Origin: a virus | Taxonomy: Duplodnaviria > Heunggongvirae > Uroviricota > Caudoviricetes | Strand: one strand, 5' to 3' | IMG/VR virus record: IMGVR_UViG_3300044212_000090 | Length of the DNA stretch: 64,000 nt | Shown: piece by piece, positions 19,564-29,238 of the stretch | Layout: each line of letters starts with the position of its first letter | Position numbering within the stretch: the first letter of the stretch is position 1 | Translations under genes and position numbers: made by a program | The notes under the pieces: generated by a model | Database searches by the model: none | Told to the model about the DNA's origin: nothing | The model's input: the letters and a program-made list of their open reading frames with translations, nothing else

Positions 19564-20733
19564 ATGACTGATCAACATATGCCGCCGCTGCTCCACGCGC
19601 TGGACGGAGCGGACTTCGCCAACCCCTGGATGTGGGCCGTGCTCTCGCTCGTGCTCGTGTGCTATCTCCTCGCCGCCCACGCTTGCGAGAGCACGGCAGG
19701 CAGGGTCTTCTTCGCGCTCCTCGCGCTGCCGGCCGCATGGCTGGGCTTCTGCGCCCTGGACTTCGCCTTCGCCATCTTCACGCCGAGCGGGCAGAGCGTG
19801 AGCTTCTTCGCCCGCATCATCGACTGGCCGTTTCGGCTCATCGTCGGCATCGGGCTCTTCGTTCTCACGCTCATGCCGCCGTGGCTCAAGAGCGAGGAGA
19901 AGAACATCTCCGCCCCCGCGAAGAAGACGCCGGCGAAAGCGGGAGGGCTGGCCTCTCTCGCCCGGCGCTACGGCATCGCCAAGGCCGCGCCCGGCGAGAG
20001 AGCCGTGCAGGGCTTCAAGTGCGTCGACCACGATGCGGGCGGCGAGGCCACGGCGCTCTATGGCAGCTCGCAGTGGATGAATCTGGAGGACGAGCGCAGG
20101 GCGGGCCGTCTCTACGGCACTCCGGGCGTGGGTCTGGAGTCCTCTGGATTCGGCTCCGGCTCGATAGGCTCGGGCCGCCGGGGCGAGGAGACGCTCGCCC
20201 GCATGATAGCCGCAAGCCATCTCAACGTCATCGCGTTCTACTCGCTGTATGGCCGTGATGCGGCCGGCAGCCGCACGGATGCCGACATCGACTGCGTGCT
20301 GCTCGGCGCCGACCTGCAGGGCCATGCGCGCGCATGGTTCGTGGATGCGAAGAACTACAAGGGAGGCTCCGACACGCGCTACGTGGATGCGGGCAACGGC
20401 TCGCTGGCCCGCATCTCCAAGTCCCTTCACGCCTTCGTGTCCGGCTCGAGGGGATCCGTCACGCTGCCCATGAGCGGCAACATGGCGGCGCAGCGCGCCC
20501 ACTGGGAGGGCGTCCTCAGGTCCCACGTCATCGCCTCGACGTGGTGCGTGTGCATGACGCCCACCGGCGAGCACGGAGCGCCTGACGCGTCCGGCGTCGC
20601 ATGGCCGGGGAGCGTCCCCGCATGGAGCGTGGAGCAGCTCGTGTCGAGCATCAGGAGCGCGGCGCTCGCGCCGGTCGACTCCATACGGGCGGCGGACATC
20701 AATCTGTTCCGGTCGGCCCTGAAAGGCGCATAG
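19564..20733 (+). CDS. membrane protein with C-terminal NERD-like (nuclease-related) domain
   Basis: Three N-terminal TM helices; C-terminal DCVLLGADLQGHARAWFVDAKNYKG resembles the NERD core; GACGCATAT 8 nt upstream of ATG. Confidence 0.45.
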   Translation: MTDQHMPPLLHALDGADFANPWMWAVLSLVLVCYLLAAHACESTAGRVFFALLALPAAWLGFCALDFAFAIFTPSGQSVSFFARIIDWPFRLIVGIGLFVLTLMPPWLKSEEKNISAPAKKTPAKAGGLASLARRYGIAKAAPGERAVQGFKCVDHDAGGEATALYGSSQWMNLEDERRAGRLYGTPGVGLESSGFGSGSIGSGRRGEETLARMIAASHLNVIAFYSLYGRDAAGSRTDADIDCVLLGADLQGHARAWFVDAKNYKGGSDTRYVDAGNGSLARISKSLHAFVSGSRGSVTLPMSGNMAAQRAHWEGVLRSHVIASTWCVCMTPTGEHGAPDASGVAWPGSVPAWSVEQLVSSIRSAALAPVDSIRAADINLFRSALKGA

Positions 20734-20742
20734 CGCGACGGC

Positions 20743-21300
20743 ATGAGCGACACACAGCCAAGGAAGCCCGACGGGCGGTTCGACAACGACCCGAATGCAG
20801 GAGGCGACGACCTGCCGGCGCTGGTCGACCCGGCGGACGAGTGGGACGGCGGCATTCTGACCGGCCCGGGCAAGGCGCGCGACCCGCACGAGCTGGCCGC
20901 GGCCACGCCATTCATCGACAAGGCGAAGGCTGGCCGCATCTCGTCGCGCCTATCAGATGCGGGCGTAAGCGCGGGCGTCATCGGCGACGAGGAGACGCGG
21001 TTCGAGTCCTCAGGCGGGCTGATCGTGAAGGCCGCGGGATCGCGCGGCGAGGCCACGGTGCAGGGGCGCTCGAAGTACTATAGCGTGAGCAGGCTCTCGC
21101 GGCGGCGCATGTCGCTCCGCGAGACCATCTCCCGCAAGGGCTTGTCGCACATGAACGAGCGCGCCCGCGTGGACTTCGGGCCCGACACCTATTACGAAAC
21201 GGAAGAGCAGGCGGCGGATGCCGCCATCGCATGGTGCCGGGACGGCGAGCTGATGCCGGGCGTTGGCAGGGACCATTACAGCGATATCAAGGGATTCTAG
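20743..21300 (+). CDS. hypothetical protein with conserved N-terminal QPRKP-G-FD-DPNAG-DLP-L motif (family member 2)
   Basis: MSDTQPRKPDGRFDNDPNAGGDDLPALV N-terminus; 185 aa. Confidence 0.55.
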   Translation: MSDTQPRKPDGRFDNDPNAGGDDLPALVDPADEWDGGILTGPGKARDPHELAAATPFIDKAKAGRISSRLSDAGVSAGVIGDEETRFESSGGLIVKAAGSRGEATVQGRSKYYSVSRLSRRRMSLRETISRKGLSHMNERARVDFGPDTYYETEEQAADAAIAWCRDGELMPGVGRDHYSDIKGF

Positions 21301-21773
21301 TCCACAGGCCTCGTGCCCACTCCGTCCTCGAACCCTTTGACGGCGAGCTGGAGACGGGCGGCAAGGGCGCCGTCGTCCGCCATGCGTCTCATGCCGGATT
21401 GGGCGTTCTTCGCGCTGAGGTGTTTTCGTGCATCGCCGACGATGATGCCCAGCTCATGGCGGGCGTGGGCGTTTGCCCACCACGCATCGTCATGAGGCGT
21501 GTCGAAGTCGGCGCGCGCGATGACTTCGCCCGTGCGTATATCGCGCACTGCGATGGCCGTGCGGCTCGACAGATCGATGCCGTAGCGCTCGGAAATCGGG
21601 ACGGGTCTGAATTCCAGATTGGCGAGTGTGCCGAAGTCCTCGTTTTCGAGGAAGCGGAGCGGGAATAGCGACGGGTCGAGAATCGCCCACGCCAGCGGCG
21701 GCAAGATGCTAATCGGAAGACGAAGGGCCTTCGGTCTGTTGACAGTCATGCCCATGATCGTATCCGAGGGCAT
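21297..21773 (-). CDS. hypothetical protein, paralog A (weak RuvC/YqgF-like resemblance)
   Basis: Shares LPPLAWAI...F..L..E...PVPI pattern with the adjacent upstream ORF 21877..22314. Confidence 0.4.
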   Translation of the reverse strand: MPSDTIMGMTVNRPKALRLPISILPPLAWAILDPSLFPLRFLENEDFGTLANLEFRPVPISERYGIDLSSRTAIAVRDIRTGEVIARADFDTPHDDAWWANAHARHELGIIVGDARKHLSAKNAQSGMRRMADDGALAARLQLAVKGFEDGVGTRPVD

Positions 21774-21876
21774 CTCCAGGGTCGGGATGCTGCGTCAGGG
21801 CTTCGGAGAACGGATTGGCGTATACCGGCGTGTAGTCCGCCTTGGTGAATCCTATGAGCTTGCACATGCCGTCCGC

Positions 21877-22314
21877 CTATGCCACCGTTCCCTCGCCGTC
21901 GCCCCACTCATGCACCGCCAGCGGCAGTCGCGCCGCGCGCGCGCCGCTGCCCGCGAGCGAGAGCATCGCCATATCCACGTTCGCCGCGTGTTTGAACAGC
22001 GCGAGATTGCCCGTGATGACGCCCAGCTCGCCCCGGGAGCGGGCGGCTCTGGCCCACTGCGGAGGATGGGCCTCTCCGAACGCGACCGAGAGGAACGCAC
22101 TGCCGTCGGAGTCGATCAGCTTCAGCGCCCTGCGGTCCGCGAGGTCAGCGCCCAGCCCGCTCGCTATTGGCACGGGCTGCTTTTCCAAGGCGAACAGCGA
22201 GAGGAAGCCGTGCTCCTTCGCGAAGCCTGCGGGCAGCGCGGCGTCGGAGACGATGGCCCACGCCAGCGGCGGCATCAGATCGACGGACAGACGGAGCGCG
22301 AGCATGCGGCTCAC
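21877..22314 (-). CDS. hypothetical protein, paralog B
   Basis: 145-aa ORF paralogous to 21297..21773 (MPPLAWAIVSD... / PVPIASGLGADL). Confidence 0.4.
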   Translation of the reverse strand: MSRMLALRLSVDLMPPLAWAIVSDAALPAGFAKEHGFLSLFALEKQPVPIASGLGADLADRRALKLIDSDGSAFLSVAFGEAHPPQWARAARSRGELGVITGNLALFKHAANVDMAMLSLAGSGARAARLPLAVHEWGDGEGTVA

Positions 22315-22595
22315 GATTTCGCCCCGTCGATCTCACGGAAGAACGCATCCGCGTCGTCTACGACGTAGACCTTCTGCCCGCGCTTCTCCAGCCGCCTGTG
22401 GATGGCGAGCTGCGCGGGACGGGCCTTGCCGCCGGGCCTCTTGACCTCGACGAAGTAGATGCGCCCGCCGGGAAGGAACACGATGCGGTCCGGCACGCCG
22501 GCAGTGCCCGAGCAGGCCCACTTGGCGGCCCAGCCGCCATGGCGCTTCGCCAGTTCGACCAGACGGAGCTCGACGGTGCGCTCGCGCGTCCTCAT
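22311..22595 (-). CDS. VRR-NUC domain nuclease (PD-(D/E)xK fold)
   Basis: 94-aa protein with DRIVFLPGGRIYFVEVKRPGGKARPAQ core motif. Confidence 0.65.
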   Translation of the reverse strand: MRTRERTVELRLVELAKRHGGWAAKWACSGTAGVPDRIVFLPGGRIYFVEVKRPGGKARPAQLAIHRRLEKRGQKVYVVDDADAFFREIDGAKS

Positions 22596-23007
22596 GAGAA
22601 GAAGCCCTTCCTCTTGCGCTTCTCCCGGGCCGGGGGAGCGGGCATCGCGCGGAGGATGTTCGCCGCCGCGCTCATGCCGAGGGCATCGAGCACCTCGACG
22701 TCCATGCTCCCGGCCATCCGCTCGCGCTGGGCATCGCCGAGCGTCTGGCGCTTCGCCAGCGCGCGGAGCACGACCGGCTCTTCGTCCCACGAGAGGTCCT
22801 CGATCAGATCGTCGGGCAGTCCGCTTCGCCCCGCGACCTCGGCGCGCACGGAAGCCGCGGAGTCGCGGGCCAGGTCGCCCAGCGCGCGGCTTCCGATCGC
22901 CGCCATGCGGGCGGCGGCCCAGCGCACCGGCTCCGCATCGTCGTACGCGGCGCCGTCCGCATCCTTCGCTCCGGTCAGCACGCCGGTCGCATCGTCTACC
23001 CAAGTCA
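22592..23007 (-). CDS. hypothetical protein
   Basis: 138-aa ORF (MTWVDDATGVL...) forming the real 3' part of an otherwise artefactual 1576-aa minus-strand ORF. Confidence 0.45.
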
Positions 23008-23115
23008 TGCAGGTACGTATGCGTCGTGGGCGAAGAGGCATCGAAGAGGAGGAGAAGCGAACATTCCCGATGTGCGCTTTCCGCGCTGGGAATCCGCTTC
23101 GACGAGCGGGTTTGC

Positions 23116-23361
23116 GCCGAATATGGGCACATGGGCCGTATGCAGTGACTAGTACCCATATGCGTTTTTCGTCGTTTTTCCAACGAAAATGGGCGAAACT
23201 GCATACAGAACATACAGGTGCATACGGGCCATATGCACCCCTCATCCCTACTGCCAGTAGGGCTTTAGCCCCCCTGCATATGAGCATATGGTTTATAGAG
23301 GCTTTGGCATGTTTTACCCCTATTTCGGGGTCTCTATAGGAAAAGCCGTATGCATATGCAG
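23116..23361. repeat. ~245-bp intergenic repeat, copy 1 (divergent promoter region; contains dyad CCCTACTG-C-CAGTAGGG)
   Basis: Near-identical to 28868..29111, reverse-complement of 42996..43232, related to 55440..55690. Confidence 0.8.
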
Positions 23362-23530
23362 TCTCGTGCTTTTCGGGGCGGAATCGACGGCGAGAACGAC
23401 GCCTCCTCTGTCGTCGCCCGCGTGCATCGCACATCCCAAATCGATGCCTCGCGAGGACGGACGCCGCAGACGCATAGCGGCGAGCTGAACACCAAGATCG
23501 GTCGAATCCACGATTGAAGGAGATAGACAA

Positions 23531-26500
23531 GTGAAACAAGGAAAGGCGACACGCGCCGCGGCGCTGGGAGCCACGCTGGCGATGCTGGCGGGAGCGGGGG
23601 CAGTATCTCCCGCCGCACTGGCGGACCCGCCCGCCCAGGATCAGCCGGGCGATTCGGGCTCGAACCCGGGCACGGGATCCACGCACACGGTGACGTTCGA
23701 TACCGGCGTGGACGGGCAGACCTACCCGCCGCAGACGGTCAACGACGCGAACGCCGCGGACCTGCCGACGCCCACGAACGGGGGGTCCCGCTTCGACGGC
23801 TGGTACAGCGGCGAAACGAGGTACGACGACAGCACCCCCATCACCCAGGATGTGACCCTCACGGCCCACTGGTCGAAGGCGGTCACAGTGACCGTCAAGT
23901 ACGGCAACGGCCAGGAGGACGTGAGCGTGCCTGCATTCGAGCACGACCTCTTCTCGCTCCCCGCCACGCTCGACCGCGCCGGCTATCGGTTCACCGGCTG
24001 GTCGCCCGACCCGACTACGCCGCTGAGCGAGGATACGACCTTCACGGCCCAGTGGGTCGCCGTGCATCAGGTGACGTTCGACTCCGACGGCGGCTCCGCC
24101 GTCGACTCCCCGCAGAGCGTGGACGACGGCACTCCCATCGCCAAGCCTGACGACCCGACGAAGGACGGACAGCTCTTCTCGGGCTGGACGCTCGCCTCTA
24201 CCGGCGCCCCCTACGACTTCAGCCAGCCGGTGACCGGCGACCTGTCGCTCAGGGCGACGTGGCGCGACGCCGTGCATCAGGTGACGTTCGATGTGAACGG
24301 CGGCACGAGCGTCGACGCGCAGTCCGTGCCCGACAGCCAGAGCGCCGCGAAGCCCGCCGACCCGACGAAGGCAGGCTCCCGCTTCGATGCGTGGCTGGAT
24401 GCCCACGGCGATCCGTACGACTTCAGCCACCCGGTGACCGGCGACGTGAGGCTGACCGCCAGGTGGGTGGCCCAGCACACGGTGACGTTCGACACCGGGG
24501 ATGGCGGCTCGCCCGTGCCCTCGCAGAGCGTGGACGACAAGGGCACCGCCGCGATGCCCGCCGACCCGACCCGCGACGGCTTCCGCTTCGACGGCTGGGA
24601 CTACGACTTCTCGGCTCCCGTGACCGGGGATGTGACCGTCACGGCCAAGTGGCATGCACTGCACCACACGGTGACCTTCGACACGGGCGGCGGCAGCGCC
24701 ATCGCGCCCAAGACCGTGGACGACGGCTCCGCCATCGGCGCGATGCCCGCCAATCCTACCCGCGCGGGCTACCGCTTCGCCGGCTGGCTCGGGCCCGACG
24801 GCAAGGCGTTCAACGCCTCGACGCCCATCACGGATGACACGACCATCACCGCCAAGTGGGTGGCCCAGGTCACGGTGACGTTCGACCCCGCGGGCGGGGC
24901 GCTGGCGGCTCCCGCCTCCCAGACCTTCGACGCGAACGCGAACGCCTCCAAGCCCGCCGACCCGACGAAGGAGGACAGCGAATTCCTCGGCTGGTTCGCG
25001 CCCGGCGCGAGCGCCCCGTTCGATTTCGCGAACACTCCGGTGACCGCCGACCTCACGCTCTCGGCCCGCTGGAAGGCGCTGCGCCACAAGGTGACGTTCG
25101 ACGCGAAGGGCGGCAGGGTCCCGGGGCTTCCGAGCTCCACGGTCATCGTGGCGACTGGAAGCCCCGTGTCCGCCCCCAACGTCCCGACGTTGGCTGCCCA
25201 CCGCTTCGATGGCTGGTACGGCCCGGACGGCGCCAAGTACGACTTCGCAACCCCCGTGGATGACGACATCACGCTCACGGCCCGCTGGACCGCGCTCTAC
25301 GACGTGACGTTCGACTCCGACGGCGGCTCGCAGGTGGCTTCGCAGACCGTGCCCGACGGCGAAACGATCAAGCCCGTCGCCGACCCGACCAAGGCTTGGA
25401 ACGCCTTCCGGGGCTGGACGCTCGACGGGCGGCCGTTCAACGCGACAACACCGATCACGAAGTCCATCACGCTCAAGGCGACGTGGGCCCCGGCTTCGCT
25501 GACCGTCGTCGCCTTCGGCGCCCTTCCCGCCGACGGCGTGAAGACGTTCAACAGCAACAAGCCGCTGCCCGCCTCGCTGACCGTCACCGACGGCACGGAC
25601 AGCTTCACGGCGCCGCAGGTCTCTCTTACGCACGACGACAGCCAGGCGTTCGGGCGGATCGTGGACACGGGCATCTACGCCCAGTCGGCGACGGGCGGAC
25701 AGCCGAGCGCGAACGTGACCGTGGTCTCCACCCAGGGCTCCGCGCTGAACGTGGACGGCATCGCCTTCGCCCGGAACGGCGACGGCACATGGTCCGCGAC
25801 CGTCTCCCGCGCGCTGGACAAGGGCAACGACTCCGCGAGCCGCACCATCGCCCTCTCGGACGGCACATCCGCCGACTGGACGTGGAACGCCCCCGCCGCG
25901 GCGGCGGGCTCGGGCTTCGTGGCCCGGCAGGGCACGGCGACGTTCGCGCTGCCCAACGGGCAGAGGGGCGTGGTGCACGTCAACGCGCAGCGCAGCTACG
26001 ACGCCTCGCTCTCGCTGTCCGTGAGCCGCACGGATGCGAGCGGCAATACGTCGGCCATCCCGGTCATGACCGGCACGGCCGACGCGCCGGGCGGCCCCTA
26101 CACGCTGGGCAAGCTGCCGCACTCCGCCATCTCGGATGCCTACCGCGTGTCCTACGCGGCCGGCCCCGACGTGACGGGCGTGGACGTCGCCCCGGGCCTG
26201 GGCGCGCACGGCGAGCGCACTTTCGCCGTGACCATCCATTACCTGGATGCGGCCGGTGCGGCGCAGACCTCGAACGCCTCCATCACGCTGCCCTTCGACG
26301 CGGCCTCCGTGCAGCCGAGCGCCCCGAGCTCCGCGGCCCTGAAGGCCATCCTGGTCAACGGGCAGCCGATCGCGGGCTGGAACCCCGACGTGCTCGACTA
26401 CACCATCGTCGCCCCGGACGCCTCCACCACGTATCTGGTGAGCCCGCAGGCGGGCGACGGGCAGAGCGTGGTCGCGGGCGACAGCGTGAAGTCCGCCTAC

Positions 26501-27451
26501 GCCACCAAGCAGCTGTGGACGGTGACCGGGCCGGACGGAGCGAAGCGCGCCTACTCGGTCACGGTCGTGCGCCCGCACACGACGCCCACCGCCGACGAGA
26601 AGTTCGTCCCCGCTCTCTCCAAGGACGTCGGCGGGAGCGAGGCCGCGCCGGATGCGACCTCCACGGCGCTCAGGTCCTACGGGTACGTGGACAAGGATGG
26701 CAAATACACGCCCGTCACGGACGGCTCGATGGTCATCCCCGACGGGGGGACGTTCGCCTACGAGACGTACGCAGGACAGGTCGCCAAGGTCACCCGCACG
26801 AAGGTCTCGGGCACCACGTGGAGCTACGACGTGGATGTGTTGAGCCCTGACGGGGCGCACGTGGCCCGCACCACCGTGAAGGCCACGTACGTCACCCCGG
26901 CCACGCACGCCGCGGCCCTCACGGGCGTCAAGTTCGACGGCGCGGCCCTGAAGGGCTTCGACCCGAACAGGCACGACTACACGGTGGGCGTGGACAACCC
27001 CGACCGCTACGTGATCACCCCGCTGTTCGACGCGATGGACGGCATGAGCGTGTCCGTGCGCAAGACGGGCCATACCGCCACGGTCACCGTGACCAGCGCG
27101 GACGGCCTGACGGTCGCGGTCTACACGTTCCACGTGACCACCCGCGAGCTCGCAGACGCCATCAACGGCGTGAAGGGCGCCGCCGCCGCGCTGACCGGGA
27201 ACGGGAGCGGCGATGCGCTTGCGCAGACCGGCGCGAAGCTCACGGTCGGCATGGTCGTCGGACTCGCCGCCGCCGCGATCCTCTGGGTCGCAGCGGGTGC
27301 CTCGCTGGCGCTTCGCCGCCATCTGAGGAAGTCCGAGGGCGAATCCGACGTGACGGACGAGGGCGCGCAGCCCGAGGCGGCGGGCGAAGAGCCTGAAGCC
27401 CCGGAGCCGGAGGTCCCGGACGAGAGTGCGGAAGGCGCACCGGAGGAGTAA
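23531..27451 (+). CDS. LAQTG-anchored cell-surface protein with multiple Listeria-Bacteroides (Flg_new) repeats
   Basis: GTG start, signal peptide, >10 repeats of VTFDxxGG...P.R.GY.F.GW, C-terminal LAQTG + TM helix + RRHLRK tail (sortase class-E type sorting signal). Confidence 0.8.
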   Translation: MKQGKATRAAALGATLAMLAGAGAVSPAALADPPAQDQPGDSGSNPGTGSTHTVTFDTGVDGQTYPPQTVNDANAADLPTPTNGGSRFDGWYSGETRYDDSTPITQDVTLTAHWSKAVTVTVKYGNGQEDVSVPAFEHDLFSLPATLDRAGYRFTGWSPDPTTPLSEDTTFTAQWVAVHQVTFDSDGGSAVDSPQSVDDGTPIAKPDDPTKDGQLFSGWTLASTGAPYDFSQPVTGDLSLRATWRDAVHQVTFDVNGGTSVDAQSVPDSQSAAKPADPTKAGSRFDAWLDAHGDPYDFSHPVTGDVRLTARWVAQHTVTFDTGDGGSPVPSQSVDDKGTAAMPADPTRDGFRFDGWDYDFSAPVTGDVTVTAKWHALHHTVTFDTGGGSAIAPKTVDDGSAIGAMPANPTRAGYRFAGWLGPDGKAFNASTPITDDTTITAKWVAQVTVTFDPAGGALAAPASQTFDANANASKPADPTKEDSEFLGWFAPGASAPFDFANTPVTADLTLSARWKALRHKVTFDAKGGRVPGLPSSTVIVATGSPVSAPNVPTLAAHRFDGWYGPDGAKYDFATPVDDDITLTARWTALYDVTFDSDGGSQVASQTVPDGETIKPVADPTKAWNAFRGWTLDGRPFNATTPITKSITLKATWAPASLTVVAFGALPADGVKTFNSNKPLPASLTVTDGTDSFTAPQVSLTHDDSQAFGRIVDTGIYAQSATGGQPSANVTVVSTQGSALNVDGIAFARNGDGTWSATVSRALDKGNDSASRTIALSDGTSADWTWNAPAAAAGSGFVARQGTATFALPNGQRGVVHVNAQRSYDASLSLSVSRTDASGNTSAIPVMTGTADAPGGPYTLGKLPHSAISDAYRVSYAAGPDVTGVDVAPGLGAHGERTFAVTIHYLDAAGAAQTSNASITLPFDAASVQPSAPSSAALKAILVNGQPIAGWNPDVLDYTIVAPDASTTYLVSPQAGDGQSVVAGDSVKSAYATKQLWTVTGPDGAKRAYSVTVVRPHTTPTADEKFVPALSKDVGGSEAAPDATSTALRSYGYVDKDGKYTPVTDGSMVIPDGGTFAYETYAGQVAKVTRTKVSGTTWSYDVDVLSPDGAHVARTTVKATYVTPATHAAALTGVKFDGAALKGFDPNRHDYTVGVDNPDRYVITPLFDAMDGMSVSVRKTGHTATVTVTSADGLTVAVYTFHVTTRELADAINGVKGAAAALTGNGSGDALAQTGAKLTVGMVVGLAAAAILWVAAGASLALRRHLRKSEGESDVTDEGAQPEAAGEEPEAPEPEVPDESAEGAPEE

Positions 27452-27466
27452 TCCACCAGAGACAAC

Positions 27467-27513
27467 GAAAAGCCCCGCAGCAAGCCCATATCGGGCCGCT
27501 GCGGGGCTTTTTT
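27467..27513 (+). terminator. rho-independent terminator
   Basis: AAAAGCCCCGCAGC...GCTGCGGGGCTTTTTT. Confidence 0.7.
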
Positions 27514-27523
27514 CGTATTCTGG

Positions 27524-27802
27524 CTAGTTCTCTTCGGGCGCCATGCCACCGGCCCTTACGCAGGCCGCCGCGGTCAGGGCGTTGAGCCTCGCCGCATCCC
27601 CCAGCCCCATGCCGGAGTTGGCCTGGGCGAACGCCTCGTCGAGAACGGCGCGGTCGGGCGCGGGGAGCGCGGAGACGATGGAGCGGGCGCGGGCGAACAG
27701 CCGCGCGTCGGATGCGGAGCGCTCGCGCAGATCCATGAGCCGGGCCCCGCCGAGCCTGTTCACCGCTCGGGCCGCATTGTCGATGTCTGCAGTGCTTGTC
27801 AT
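27524..27802 (-). CDS. hypothetical protein
   Basis: 92-aa ORF; GACGCATA-like motif 12 nt upstream of start. Confidence 0.45.
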   Translation of the reverse strand: MTSTADIDNAARAVNRLGGARLMDLRERSASDARLFARARSIVSALPAPDRAVLDEAFAQANSGMGLGDAARLNALTAAACVRAGGMAPEEN

Positions 27803-27843
27803 GACGGGCAGTATGCGTCAGATGCAGGCAATCCTCGCGCCTC

Positions 27844-28818
27844 TCAGCGCCCATCCAGCGCGGGCGGAAGGCGCCAGCCGGCGGCGGAGGGCAATCCCAG
27901 CCGCGCGACGAGCGTATCCATGTTCGCGCGCATCCAGTCGCGTTCGGGGGGCGCGCCCTGTGCGACTGGCGCGAAGCCGTCATCGCAGGATATCCGCTCC
28001 AGCCAGCGGGACGCGGGGGCCGCGTGCATGCGCGGCTCTCCGGCGCAGGCGCGGTCCAGGCGCGAGAGCACGGAGCCGTCGCGCGTGGCGTCGAGCCAGC
28101 ACACGTGGATATGCTCGCAGCCGGGGTGGGCCAGCGCCTGGCGCCAGCGCTGGAACTTGCCCTCGATGCCGGTCGTGCTGGCGGTCGTCTCCGCGCACAG
28201 CGCGGTCGAGGCGTCCATGAGGATGGCATCGGGCCCGCCCCGGCCCATGAGCGCGTCGCCCGTCATGTCGCAGAACCGCCCGAACGCCTCGCCGTACGCG
28301 GCCCAGCCCTGCCGGACGCCAGCCAGTCCTATCTCGGCGCTCATGAGATTGTGCCGCTCGGCCTGCCGGGCGCGGTGATGAGGCCCGGGCCCGAGGGAGG
28401 CTATCTCGACGGGGGAGGCCCCCAGCGCTTCGAGCGCATCGTCGACGTCATGCACGGACAGGCGCAGCGCCATGAACGAGGCGCGGAACGGGCTGGCGGA
28501 CATACGCCCGTCCGTGGATACCGGGAAGCCCGCCTCCAGGATCCCCGCCCCTATCAGATCGAGATAGAGCCGGGAGGCTGGCGTGGCAGGCACCGACGGG
28601 TCGAAGCGGTGCATCTGGCCGGTCTCCAGCGTCCGCCACGAGTGGACGAGCCGGATGGCGCGGAGCGTCTGCGCAAGGCGCGCCCGCAGCCTCGCCTCCG
28701 CTTCGGCACGCTCCGGCATCCAGCCCGGACGAGAGTCTTCGGACGGCTCAAGCCAGTTGAGGAAGGCCCCGGCGAGCCAGTGGGAGGGGTCGAAGGGATC
28801 GAAAATCTGCTGCGGCAT
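27844..28818 (-). CDS. hypothetical protein
   Basis: 324-aa ORF with normal composition. Confidence 0.5.
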   Translation of the reverse strand: MPQQIFDPFDPSHWLAGAFLNWLEPSEDSRPGWMPERAEAEARLRARLAQTLRAIRLVHSWRTLETGQMHRFDPSVPATPASRLYLDLIGAGILEAGFPVSTDGRMSASPFRASFMALRLSVHDVDDALEALGASPVEIASLGPGPHHRARQAERHNLMSAEIGLAGVRQGWAAYGEAFGRFCDMTGDALMGRGGPDAILMDASTALCAETTASTTGIEGKFQRWRQALAHPGCEHIHVCWLDATRDGSVLSRLDRACAGEPRMHAAPASRWLERISCDDGFAPVAQGAPPERDWMRANMDTLVARLGLPSAAGWRLPPALDGR

Positions 28819-28867
28819 GAGGGACGGCTATGCGGCGCCGAAAGAAGCGATTTGGTACTTTATTGCT

Positions 28868-29111
28868 CCGAATATGGGCACATGGGCCGTATGCAGTGAC
28901 TAGTACCCATATGCGTTTTTCGGCGTTTTTCCGCGAAAAACAGCCGAAACTGCATACAGAACATACGGGTGCATACGGGCCATATGCACCCCTCATCCCT
29001 ACTGCCAGTAGGGCTTTAGCCCCCCTGCATATGAGCATATGGTTTATAGAGGCTTTGGCATGTTTTACCCCTATTTCGGGGGTTCCATAGGAAAAGCCGT
29101 ATGCATATGCA
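28868..29111. repeat. ~245-bp intergenic repeat, copy 2
   Basis: Near-identical to copy 1; lies between divergent genes 27844..28818(-) and 29239..30609(+). Confidence 0.8.
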
Positions 29112-29238
29112 GTTCTGCCCTTTTCGGGGCCATATCCGCGAAAAAGAGGACGCTATCGCGTTCGCAGCCCACAGCTCTCGGAGAGGCCTCGCCCCTAATC
29201 GAGGCCATCCTCGCACCTTCCGACGCATACCGCCCTTC

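Noticed and set aside
23288-23488. Small ORFs inside the 245-bp repeats (MVYRGFGMFYPYFG... on the plus strand; MLICRGAKALLAVGMRGAYGPYAPVCS... on the opposite strand)
   Set aside because: Conserved only because the DNA repeat is conserved; implausible composition; the repeat more likely acts as a regulatory DNA/RNA element.
22592-27322. 1576-aa minus-strand ORF opposite the adhesin gene
   Set aside because: Arg/Gly/Ala-rich, typical antisense artefact of a high-GC gene; the plus-strand frame has signal peptide, repeats and sorting signal. Only its last ~138 codons (22592..23007) look like a real gene.
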